A stretch of 64,000 bases of DNA from Pseudomonadota bacterium (GTDB lineage: Bacteria > Pseudomonadota > Alphaproteobacteria > RF32 > CAG-239). A program made the position numbers and the translations under genes. The notes beneath the pieces are model-generated. The model saw only the letters and a list, made by a program, of their open reading frames with translations, made no database searches and had not been told where the DNA came from. Positions 40,064 through 49,422 of this stretch are shown here, one piece after another. Within the stretch, counting starts at the first letter, position 1. Each line of letters opens with the position of its first letter. Location: positions 103,038 to 167,037 of the forward strand of contig CAKJXZ020000003.1 in NCBI GenBank assembly GCA_918234285.1, written 5' to 3'.

Positions 40064-40194
40064 CTTTTCCTCTGATTTTATTAAACTGAAAGCAATTTAT
40101 ATCAACTTTTTATAAACGTCAAGATACTTTGCAAAAAAGGAGATATAAACGATAATATTATTTTGCTTAAAACTCGTTCGAAGAACTCTCAAAT

Positions 40195-40491
40195 AAAAAA
40201 CTCGGAGAATGAGTCAGATACGCAGTAAGCGGGTTGGCGCGGTGTACAAAAGAGGTACATAAGCAAAAAGCAGCGGTGCAGAACGTATAAAAATCCGTAG
40301 AATGAGTCAGATACGCAGTAAGCGGGTTGGCGCGGTGTACAAAAGAGGTACATAAGCAAAAAGCAGCGGTGCAGAACGTATAAAAATCCGTAGAATGAGT
40401 CAGATACGCAGTTGCCCTTTTTGCGCGGTGTACAAAAGAGGTACATAAGCAAAAAGGGCAACAAGTAGATGACCATTATACGGATTTTTTA
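40195..40491. repeat. Palindromic element family copy D (full 40381-40491, two 93 bp tandem partial copies)
   Basis: gaatgagtcagatacg at 40207, 40300, 40393; overlaps nusG stop. Confidence 0.9.
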
Positions 40492-41031
40492 AGATTTCTC
40501 GACTTGGGAGAATTCCAACTCCACCGGCGTATCGCGACCGAAAATAGAAACCGATACTTTAAGGCGAGATTTTTCGAGGTCTACTTCTTCAACCACACCG
40601 ACGAAAGATTCAAACGGACCATCGGTAACACGGATAGTTTCGCCCACGTCGTATGTAGCGTTGGAAACCGTGCGATCTGCACTTTCTTCAACCTGTTTAC
40701 GAATTTTCTCCACTTCAGCTTCGCTAATCGGTTGCGGCTTATTACGCGGGCCCAAAAAGCCACTGACACGCGGGGTATTTTTAACTACCAACCAGGTTTC
40801 ATCAGAGAGTTCCATTTTCACCAAGATATAACCCGGGAAAAACTTGTGAGCAACTTCCTTACGCTTTTTACCCTCGGCATCTTTTCTCTCTTTCGGTTCC
40901 TGTTCCATCGGCACCCAAACTTCGAGAATACGATCTTCCATATTTTTAAGCTTAGCCTGTTCCGTCAACGATTCGGCCACTTTCTTTTCCGAACCGGAAT
41001 AAACATTTACAACATACCAACGAGCTGTCAT
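40489..41031 (-). CDS. nusG: Transcription factor NusG
   Basis: WYVVNVYSGSE, FFPGYILV, GPFESFVG, VSIFGRDTPVEL. Confidence 0.97.
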   Translation of the reverse strand: MTARWYVVNVYSGSEKKVAESLTEQAKLKNMEDRILEVWVPMEQEPKERKDAEGKKRKEVAHKFFPGYILVKMELSDETWLVVKNTPRVSGFLGPRNKPQPISEAEVEKIRKQVEESADRTVSNATYDVGETIRVTDGPFESFVGVVEEVDLEKSRLKVSVSIFGRDTPVELEFSQVEKS

Positions 41032-41042
41032 TTAAATCTCTC

Positions 41043-41234
41043 CTAACCCAACTGCAAAATCTTATCAACGCCCCAGCTTAAAACAATATCCACCGTAAAG
41101 AAAAACGCTGTGGCGATTGCAACCAGAACAACAACCATCGTACATGTAGGAATAACTTCCTTTTTTGTCGGCCAAGTAACCTTTTTCATTTCTTGCTTGA
41201 CCTGACGCAAAAACTGCAACGGACTAATACTCAT
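41043..41234 (-). CDS. secE: Preprotein translocase subunit SecE
   Basis: EMKKVTWPTKKE + TM helix; upstream of nusG. Confidence 0.95.
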   Translation of the reverse strand: MSISPLQFLRQVKQEMKKVTWPTKKEVIPTCTMVVVLVAIATAFFFTVDIVLSWGVDKILQLG

Positions 41235-41473
41235 TTAAAACCTTTTATTTTATGTGTTAACAAACAGCCCGCAACGAATCATGCTCGCCGCGAACACAAT
41301 ATTTTGTTGTTATATAAAAGTTTTTATCCTGTATTGTCAAGAAAATCTTTATATTTATCGCATATTTTTTATGTTTTAAAGATTTCCTTTAACCATTCAA
41401 TGCTTTGTAATAAAAATTTCATATACAAAGAAATATTTGCGTGATATAATGGCGCATGTACGGGAAAACACAA

Positions 41474-43669
41474 ATGAGCAACGACAGGAAAAACATCAAA
41501 GAACTGCAAAAGCGCGCGGCAGAAGCACATAAAAAGGCTTCTCAGCGTGTGCGTAGCGTTCAATATCAAAACGACACCGTTAGAGTTAATTATAAGAATT
41601 ATCAAACTGATGCTTATTTTGAGACGTCTACCGGACGTTTAGTCAATAACATAAAATACGGATATAAATCTGATGCCAAAACCCGGATTGACATGGCACA
41701 CGAAGCCAAACATGCCTCCAATGCTCACTTCGGCATACCGGAAGTCAGTGCCGAGCAATTTTATAAATTGCGAGCACTGGATGAAATTTCCGCTCGCATT
41801 ACCGGAATTTTGGCTTGGCGAGAAGATTATTTGAAAGCCGAAAATAAAAAAGAATTTTTAGCAAACATTCAAAAAATGTCCCTTTCCGATCCGTCAAATC
41901 CGGATATACCTTTTGATTATTTCAACGCCCTTGTCAACGGCAAAATAAATCCGGAAAGCAACGATCCTAAAGAATTTGACAGGGAAATGGAACTTATTGC
42001 CAAAGAAACGTTTGCAAACTATGCCGGAAAACTATCCGGATATGAAAAAGAATTTTCCATCGCTACTCGCGGCTACATGAATATTCCCAATCACAATTTT
42101 CAGGAAAATAATGCAGAATACGAGCGCTTTGCCAAACATTATATGACCATTTCCGGCATTGACTTCCGAAAATACTTGGATAGTAACTACGAACAACAAT
42201 TTTACATTCCGAGCCAAATCAAAAATGCCAGCAAAGACCTTGCTGCGGCCAACGATGCAGACAGAGCGCAAATCATCGCCGATGCGGGGCTTACTTATGA
42301 CGGCAAAATCAGCTTAGAGCAATATCATATTTTGCTTCAACACCAAAAAATCGTAAAAAGCATAAAGTATAATATAGACGATAAGTTTAAATCGTCATTA
42401 TGTAACGGCGAATACGATGATATAATAGGCAATCCCGTTGAAGATTTGTACGACACTTTCAAAAAAAGAACCAGCCATCGAAATATGGACGGTTCCAACG
42501 ACATGGAATATTTTATCAACTCTTGTATGGATTTAGCTCTAACTAATGCCAACGGCAAAGAAGCCGCCGATGATGCCGAATTTGAACGGCGTTTGAAAGA
42601 AATCTATACACTTGACGGCACCGATATTGATTTGCGCCAGTATATTTCAAATTTCAGTTCTTCCGATATACCATACCGCGAAAATGCCAAATTGCAGGAA
42701 TTTTTGAAAGATCCGGAAAAATATAAGGCCGATCATCCCTATAAAAAACGCTTTGACCTTATTTTGGAATATCATGAAGGAGAACCAGATTGGGCGGAAG
42801 CCACGGCTGACCAACGTGTATCAGAAATTAAAAGCATGGATATTTTTGATGCCGAAGGCGATTTTTTAAAAGCGGAACGTGAACAACGCGAACTGGAACA
42901 AGAAATCGAGCGCCTGAAAAAAGAAGAAGAATTGAAAAAAGTTGAACCTCTTTATGATAAAAAATATGAGGTATACTACCTGATAAGCGAAGACATGGCA
43001 ATCAAAGGGAATAAACCGCAATTCAATAATGCGGAAATCCGCTCTACTATCAATGATGACACCGGGGAAATTACACAAGTAGCCATGCTTGACGGCCAAA
43101 AACACGGCGCGGAAATTACTCGCGATAAGGACGGCAATATCACGGGATATAAAGTTTATGATCACGGTAAAGAAATCGATGCAGCAAATGTAAAATTGGA
43201 TATTCGTGAGGAAAACGGTATGGAATACATCTGTCCGCAAATCAACGGGCAAAAATTCGGAGCTGAAATCGTTACTGATATTAATGGCAAGACCAAAGCA
43301 GCTTTCTATGAGCAAAACGGTATGATGATAGAAGCTTCTTTGCAAGCGAGTATTGAAAAAACCGAAAATCACATCTCCGCTGATAAAGATTATTGTAAAA
43401 CTCAAGTGCTGACGGACCGACAGAATGCAACGGCTCAGGCACAGAAAATTGAAGATGATTTGCAAAACGGCTCACTGATATTTGCAACCACTCCTCATAC
43501 AAAAAATTTCGAAGAATCTATGCGCGGGCAAATAATCAAAAATTCACAAGATGCTTATTCACAGCCGGACGACGAGCAAACACCGACTCCGCTCAGACCG
43601 CAGGAAAATTCAAAAGCGAAAACCCCGTTACCGTATAAGGCAGATTGGCAAAAAGACAATATACGATAA
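41474..43669 (+). CDS. Large orphan protein with HExxH zincin motif
   Basis: MAHEAKH...DEISA; C-terminal KHGAEI/KFGAEI repeats. Confidence 0.7.
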   Translation: MSNDRKNIKELQKRAAEAHKKASQRVRSVQYQNDTVRVNYKNYQTDAYFETSTGRLVNNIKYGYKSDAKTRIDMAHEAKHASNAHFGIPEVSAEQFYKLRALDEISARITGILAWREDYLKAENKKEFLANIQKMSLSDPSNPDIPFDYFNALVNGKINPESNDPKEFDREMELIAKETFANYAGKLSGYEKEFSIATRGYMNIPNHNFQENNAEYERFAKHYMTISGIDFRKYLDSNYEQQFYIPSQIKNASKDLAAANDADRAQIIADAGLTYDGKISLEQYHILLQHQKIVKSIKYNIDDKFKSSLCNGEYDDIIGNPVEDLYDTFKKRTSHRNMDGSNDMEYFINSCMDLALTNANGKEAADDAEFERRLKEIYTLDGTDIDLRQYISNFSSSDIPYRENAKLQEFLKDPEKYKADHPYKKRFDLILEYHEGEPDWAEATADQRVSEIKSMDIFDAEGDFLKAEREQRELEQEIERLKKEEELKKVEPLYDKKYEVYYLISEDMAIKGNKPQFNNAEIRSTINDDTGEITQVAMLDGQKHGAEITRDKDGNITGYKVYDHGKEIDAANVKLDIREENGMEYICPQINGQKFGAEIVTDINGKTKAAFYEQNGMMIEASLQASIEKTENHISADKDYCKTQVLTDRQNATAQAQKIEDDLQNGSLIFATTPHTKNFEESMRGQIIKNSQDAYSQPDDEQTPTPLRPQENSKAKTPLPYKADWQKDNIR

Positions 43670-43690
43670 AATTGAAACGACATACATAAA

Positions 43691-44521
43691 ATGAAAGATG
43701 ATTTAATAATATTAAAGCAATATTATACCGAGGCCGCAAAGCAAGTTCCGGCCGATTCGTTTTTTACGGAAACGATCAATCATAAATTTACACACTCACT
43801 TGAGGTTTTGCGGCAGGGTAACGATATTCTGGCGCATACGCCGGAGTTACAAGACAAAGGCGAAACTTTCCGCGATTTGGCCCAAAAAGCACTCCTGTTT
43901 CACGACGTCGGCCGTTTTGAAGAAAACGTGCGTATTTTCAACGCCTGCCGCAACGGCATCAAGATTGCCGCAATGTCCGATACTTATGATCACGGCATTA
44001 TCGGTTATGAACTTATGCAAAACCGCCCGCCGTATAATGATATGCGGATTTTGTTTGCGCTGCGTTGGCACGGTAAAAACACGGAAGAAATTTACGCTTC
44101 AGATATGTATCGACAAATCAAGGATTCACCGCAATTTGACGATATTATGCGGATTCTTTATCTGGTGCGCGATGCCGATAAACTGGCCAATCTTTATGCA
44201 GCCAAAGAGCAAGACCGCTTGCATCGCGATTTATTTTACACACAACTGCCCGACGCAATATTGAATGCTCCGCTTTCATCCGAAGTTAAAGCTCAATTTT
44301 TAGCAAAAAAAATTGTTTTATCGGCAACTTTGCGCTCTTTTGCCGACCGCCTTTTGCAAATTTTATCGTGGATTTATGATTTTAACTATCCGGCAACCGA
44401 AGAAATTTTCAAACATAATCGCTATGACGAATTTTTGCTTAATATGTTGGCACAATATCATCATAATCAGCAGGATTTGCAACAAATTTCGACAGCGGTT
44501 GCTATAAAAATAAATCGTTGA
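43691..44521 (+). CDS. HD-domain phosphohydrolase
   Basis: KFTHS, LFHDVGRF, DHG, VRDADKL. Confidence 0.88.
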   Translation: MKDDLIILKQYYTEAAKQVPADSFFTETINHKFTHSLEVLRQGNDILAHTPELQDKGETFRDLAQKALLFHDVGRFEENVRIFNACRNGIKIAAMSDTYDHGIIGYELMQNRPPYNDMRILFALRWHGKNTEEIYASDMYRQIKDSPQFDDIMRILYLVRDADKLANLYAAKEQDRLHRDLFYTQLPDAILNAPLSSEVKAQFLAKKIVLSATLRSFADRLLQILSWIYDFNYPATEEIFKHNRYDEFLLNMLAQYHHNQQDLQQISTAVAIKINR

Positions 44522-44522
44522 T

Positions 44523-45350
44523 TCAGCAATTACCGACGTGCACAAATTTTAAGTATTTTTGCGCCGTATCACGCAACCGATAAATCGTTTCGAGCGGCGT
44601 AGTCGGAATTTCACTCTTATATCGCGGAAAATAGCGGCTGATATGCAACGGAATTTCCGGTGAAAGCGCTGCCAACCATTCAGCCTCGGCCGTCATATCC
44701 TCAACGCTGTCGTTTTTGGTCGGCACCACCAGTGTCGTCACCTCCACATGGCATTTATCATATGCCGTGGCAATCGTCTGTTTCACACATTCCAAACTGC
44801 CGCCTACATAGTCGTAATACTTTTGCGTAAATCCCTTCAAATCAATATTGATGGCATCAATCAGCGGCAACAGTTCAATCAGCGGCTCCCGATTAATGTG
44901 TCCGTTGCTGACCAACACCGTTTTCAAACCGGCTTGATGCAACAAAATACAACAATCGCGCACAAACTCATAACTGATAAACGGTTCGTTATAAGTAAAG
45001 GCAACCCCCAAATTTCCGGCCGGTTCCTGTGTCAATTTTATCGCCAATGCCGTCAACTCCTCCGGTGTTATCTGTTGGTGTGCCACATCATCAATACCGG
45101 CCATGGATATTTGATAATTCTGGCAAAACGGACAACGCAGATTGCAACCGAAACTGCCGAGCGACAGAATTTTACTGCCCGGATAAAAATGATACAGCGG
45201 CTTTTTTTCAATCGGGTCCAGCGCTATCGAAGTAATTTTGCCGTAATTAATCGGCACAATCAGGTTATTGATACATGCACGCGCTCGGCAAAAACCGAGT
45301 TGACCTTCTTTTAAATTACATTGACGCGGACAAATGGGACATTGTGGCAT
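44523..45350 (-). CDS. AmmeMemoRadiSam-type radical SAM enzyme
   Basis: DPIEKKPLYHFYPG, CNLRCPFCQN, FTYNEP. Confidence 0.9.
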   Translation of the reverse strand: MPQCPICPRQCNLKEGQLGFCRARACINNLIVPINYGKITSIALDPIEKKPLYHFYPGSKILSLGSFGCNLRCPFCQNYQISMAGIDDVAHQQITPEELTALAIKLTQEPAGNLGVAFTYNEPFISYEFVRDCCILLHQAGLKTVLVSNGHINREPLIELLPLIDAINIDLKGFTQKYYDYVGGSLECVKQTIATAYDKCHVEVTTLVVPTKNDSVEDMTAEAEWLAALSPEIPLHISRYFPRYKSEIPTTPLETIYRLRDTAQKYLKFVHVGNC

Positions 45351-45424
45351 GACATCACCTTTCAAAACATTACGCTGTTCTTATTAGATATAATCTTCAA
45401 ACGAATGTCAAGCCGTTTACGCAA

Positions 45425-45460
45425 TAAAAGAAGGGCGGATAATTCCACCGCCCTTTTTTT
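45425..45460 (-). terminator. Terminator of the Cys-rich gene
   Basis: aagggcgg-ataattcca-ccgcccttttttt with flanking A/T runs. Confidence 0.7.
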
Positions 45461-45492
45461 ACTTCATGATATCTTATTCAGATTCTGGACTG

Positions 45493-48024
45493 TTATTCCC
45501 AGCAAACACCGTCGCTGTTGCAAGTCCAAGAAGCAGAGTTCTTCGGCTCCCAGATGCATTCACCCCAAGTGGTGCAAGCCCATGTCTCCTGACCTTCATA
45601 AGGTCTTTGACATCTCTGGAAACGATACGGATCATTCTGGTTATTATGATCAACATCCGGATAGCATCCCGCCTTGCAGGAACCGTCAGAATTTTGACAA
45701 TTCTTGGATTCCGAACTATCGAGTATACTACCGTTTTTCAATTTCTGACCGCCGTCATAGAGAGAGTTGTACTTTTGAGTCGGATCTTTTACCATGCAGT
45801 GATCACCAATCTTGAAGTCACAAGCCTGACCGGAAGTTGCCTCAATATAGTGCCACTTATAGCCTTTATCACGGATACCTTTCAGTTTGCAAACTTCGAG
45901 GCCTCTCTTGATGCTGCCATTATGTTCATAGACGCCGCATTCTCTACATTCACCGCATCCATGTTCGTCTTTGTTGACGCAGATCAACGAGAAGTCGGAA
46001 GTAGCTTGGCACTGACTGTCTTCGGTACAAGCTGCACCCATGGTACCCGGACCCTGTTCACCGTTATTACCAATCGGGCAAACAAACGGTTTTTCTTTAC
46101 AAGTACATGTGGTTTCATCCAAATCTTCATTGTCACCGCATGTTCTGTTGCATACGCAAGAGCAGGTAGCTTCGTTGTATGTAAAGCCATTAGAGCAGTT
46201 TCTATCCGGTTCATTGTACTTCCAGCAGATTTCCGTACCGCTTCTGAAGCCGGAATCAACATTCGTACCGCAACCTTGTTTTTGGGTGGTAGAAGTTCCA
46301 TCCGGACACGGTTTAATGTTGGCGTTGTACTTCGGTGTATCACCTTCGTATTCAGTCGACGGATCCTTATATCCGCAGCCCGGTTGAGCCGGATCGCAGA
46401 ACGGAGTCAACTGACACTGAACGTCTTTACCTTCACCGGTACACTTATTCGGTGTACATTTACCGCAAGGTTTTGTGCCGCACATACCGTTAGAGGTATA
46501 GCTCCAGCCTTCCGGATGTCCGTTGGCGGTACAAGCATCAATATTCGGATAATCAGTGCTGTATCCTTCCGGACACGGTTTTTCCTTGTAGCAGTTATTG
46601 CCCACATCGGTTTGTTCGGTCATGTAACCATCTGCCGGAGTCGGAGTTTGACCTTTTTCATAACCATCCGGGCATACATCTTTTATGCAATAGTAGCAAG
46701 CTTGGCCGGCAACAGATTTGTGACCGCTGTCGATCGGAGCATATCCATCGAGGTTGCAAGATGCTTCAAGGTGCGTCTTGTAGCAAGCCGGTCTCGGACC
46801 TTTTTCATACGGAGCACGACCTAATTCGTTGGAGCAAGAAGCAACAACATCATTAGGATTATCACAGGTATCCGGATCAATAATGATCTTGATATCAATG
46901 GTGTGAGTGGTTGCCTTATCTTCTTCGGTTTGCGTAATCGTAAACTTAGAAGTCTTTTCGGTGGTCGTCAGATTTACCGGACAAGTAACTTTCAAGAGAG
47001 CACCGTCACTTGACTTACTAACCGTGCAATCGCCGGAAGTTTCCGGAGCATCATACGGCCAAACTTTGGTTTCTTCACCGATTTGCGTAGATTTAACGTT
47101 AACCTTCTTAACCCCGCCGGCGGCTGTATAGTGCAAGATTTTGCTCTCACGCGTATTGTGGCCGTCGCTGGTCAAAGGTTCATCATCAATCACATCTTCG
47201 CCGGTAGCGGTAAATTCATATTCATAGTCTTGACAGGTGCACTTCGTTTTACCGTTTTCCAATGCCTCATGCGCTACATACTGATTGAGCGGGCATTCCA
47301 ACGGATTCGGAAGATAGCACGTCTCGCCGTTGGCCGATTGCATGGAGCTGAATGTATAACAACTCTGATCCATTTCTTCCCAATCGGCTGCACTCAGGTA
47401 TTTACCCGATTCGCTCGACATTTCCGTACAAGTGTAGCAAATTTTACCGGTTTCCAGATTCTGAACACTGGTACAGGTAAAGCAACCGTCAGTCGGTATT
47501 TCTTCGGCCGACATTGTACCTTCGTCACAAGTTTCAATCTCGCATTGACCGCAACTTAATCTGCCGGACATACCGCCTTCTTCCTTCGCTACCCAAACAT
47601 AACCAGGGTCGCATTCTCTCTTAGTGTAATATCCTTCCAAACATTTCTTAGCTTCGCACTTCCAATAGTAAGTTCCGTCGTTTTCGCAATATTCGCAATC
47701 AAACATTGACTTCGGGAACGACTTCGGATATACATCAGCTGAATTACTCGTACCGGATTTATAACCCTGGTCTTCACAATCCAAACCAGTACAACTCCAG
47801 AGATTGCAGCCCGCAACATTTGCCGGATGACAGTCCATACCAGGCTGTTCTTCGGCATAGTAGATGTCTAAATATTCATCGCACCCTTTGGCTTCGGCAA
47901 CCTTAGCTTGAGAACCCTGCTCACACGTACCTGTCGGTAAGAAGCAGATGTCAGCCCAAGAAGGAGCCGCAGTCATCATGCACAAGAATGTACAGACACC
48001 TAACCCTTTCCAAAATTTATTCAT
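45493..48024 (-). CDS. Secreted cysteine-rich surface protein
   Basis: RBS ggagg, signal peptide MNKFWK...SWA, dense CP.GY / CxC modules, central beta-rich domain. Confidence 0.8.
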   Translation of the reverse strand: MNKFWKGLGVCTFLCMMTAAPSWADICFLPTGTCEQGSQAKVAEAKGCDEYLDIYYAEEQPGMDCHPANVAGCNLWSCTGLDCEDQGYKSGTSNSADVYPKSFPKSMFDCEYCENDGTYYWKCEAKKCLEGYYTKRECDPGYVWVAKEEGGMSGRLSCGQCEIETCDEGTMSAEEIPTDGCFTCTSVQNLETGKICYTCTEMSSESGKYLSAADWEEMDQSCYTFSSMQSANGETCYLPNPLECPLNQYVAHEALENGKTKCTCQDYEYEFTATGEDVIDDEPLTSDGHNTRESKILHYTAAGGVKKVNVKSTQIGEETKVWPYDAPETSGDCTVSKSSDGALLKVTCPVNLTTTEKTSKFTITQTEEDKATTHTIDIKIIIDPDTCDNPNDVVASCSNELGRAPYEKGPRPACYKTHLEASCNLDGYAPIDSGHKSVAGQACYYCIKDVCPDGYEKGQTPTPADGYMTEQTDVGNNCYKEKPCPEGYSTDYPNIDACTANGHPEGWSYTSNGMCGTKPCGKCTPNKCTGEGKDVQCQLTPFCDPAQPGCGYKDPSTEYEGDTPKYNANIKPCPDGTSTTQKQGCGTNVDSGFRSGTEICWKYNEPDRNCSNGFTYNEATCSCVCNRTCGDNEDLDETTCTCKEKPFVCPIGNNGEQGPGTMGAACTEDSQCQATSDFSLICVNKDEHGCGECRECGVYEHNGSIKRGLEVCKLKGIRDKGYKWHYIEATSGQACDFKIGDHCMVKDPTQKYNSLYDGGQKLKNGSILDSSESKNCQNSDGSCKAGCYPDVDHNNQNDPYRFQRCQRPYEGQETWACTTWGECIWEPKNSASWTCNSDGVCWE

Positions 48025-48380
48025 AGACTTTTCCTCCTGTTTCAAAAATATTGATACATTATTATAGTAACACATATTTTTTGTTTTTTGTGTTACATTT
48101 TTGTTACATTTTACAATAAAAATACAAACTCCCGAACGCTTATTTTTGTCATTTTATTTTTATTTACGTCTACAACTATATCACAAAATAACAACCTTTG
48201 CAATAGAGAAAATGCACTTTTTGCTTATATATCATTAATTTTTACCGACTTTCTGCTTAAAAAATAATATACAAAAAAACGCCTTCACTTGACAAAAGAA
48301 AAGAAATACATATACCGAATTCAAATCATTATTATTATTGACATTTCAGACCCTCCGTAAAGGCGGAGCTATCAAAAATT

Positions 48381-48818
48381 ATGAACACATTATTTACCGT
48401 GCCGGGCATTCAGTGGGGTTATGTACAGTGGTTCGCTGTTGTTTTGCTTTTTGTGGCAATGCTGCTGGATGTCGTGGATTATTACAAGGCCAAAAAAGAA
48501 AATCGTAAAAGATACGGTTTTCTCCAACTGCAGTCAGCTTGAGCCAGGCATATTGCCAAGTGGACATTCTTCATAGGTGCCGTAGTATTTGTGGTAGCCG
48601 GTACGCTATTAGAAATACCGCATTTCCACTTTGATATTGCAACAATCATTGTAGGTGTTCTGTGCAATATCGCGGTTCAGTTGGTGCTAGGCGGCTTTAT
48701 ACTTGTGGTGTTGTGCCTGGTTGCCAAGCTCTGCTATCACCTCTGCAGAATAGCCTACTGGTATATTGCAGATATCTGCAAAGTAATAGTATACTTATGT
48801 AAGTGGCTGATTGAATGA
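48381..48818 (+). pseudogene. Membrane protein gene with one in-frame TGA (48540-48542)
   Basis: MNTLFTVPGIQWG...LQSA*ARHIAKWTFF... continues in frame into ORF 48591-48818; promoter, RBS and terminator present. Confidence 0.7.
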
Positions 48819-48857
48819 AGAAACCCGTCGACCTGATAAGTCGACGATTTTTCTTTT

Positions 48858-49412
48858 TTAAATCTCCAGCCAGTAGCGTTTATATTTCTGCCCGCTGTCT
48901 TCCCACGGTACGGTAATGATATTTTCCAGCACCCCGCCGTTTTTCTCAATGGCCTTCCACGAGCCGACATTATCATCTCTGGCTGCTATCAGCAACTTTT
49001 TCAGCCCTGCTCTTTTTGCCTCTTGCAACAGCAAACCCAGGCCCTTGGTGGCATACCCTTTACGCCGGTATTGCGGGGCGATTCCGTAACCGACATTGCC
49101 GCCGATATACCGCAAAAAATCGTTTAATTCCGTGCGCAACAAAAAAATGCCGATAAACTTGCCGTCATCTACTAGCCAATACGGTGTTTCCGGAACATTG
49201 GCATAATATTTACCATCCGGCCGCAATTTCGGAGTCGGATCATACGGTTTCAATACTTTCTTATATAAATAAGTCGCAAAATCGCTTTTAATTTGTGCGG
49301 CCGCCTCTGAACTTATCGGCTCCGGCGAACCTACATACACCGCGTTAAAGCCGTTATCAATTGCCTCGATAAAGCTGTCTTTATATTTTATGTCAGGTTT
49401 TACCAATTCCAT
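48858..49412 (-). CDS. GNAT acetyltransferase
   Basis: GGNVGYGIAPQYRRKGYA, N.GSWKAIEKNGG. Confidence 0.9.
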   Translation of the reverse strand: MELVKPDIKYKDSFIEAIDNGFNAVYVGSPEPISSEAAAQIKSDFATYLYKKVLKPYDPTPKLRPDGKYYANVPETPYWLVDDGKFIGIFLLRTELNDFLRYIGGNVGYGIAPQYRRKGYATKGLGLLLQEAKRAGLKKLLIAARDDNVGSWKAIEKNGGVLENIITVPWEDSGQKYKRYWLEI

Positions 49413-49422
49413 AAAATTTTCC

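Noticed and set aside
40195-40491. Possible CRISPR array
   Set aside because: The 93 bp units are near-identical throughout with no unique spacers, no cas genes are present, and the units belong to the palindrome family.
45466-46824. 452 aa plus-strand ORF
   Set aside because: Antisense shadow of the Cys-rich gene.
48540-48542. Alternative genetic code or selenocysteine
   Set aside because: TGA terminates many intact genes here, the context is not redox-like, and no SECIS was recognised.
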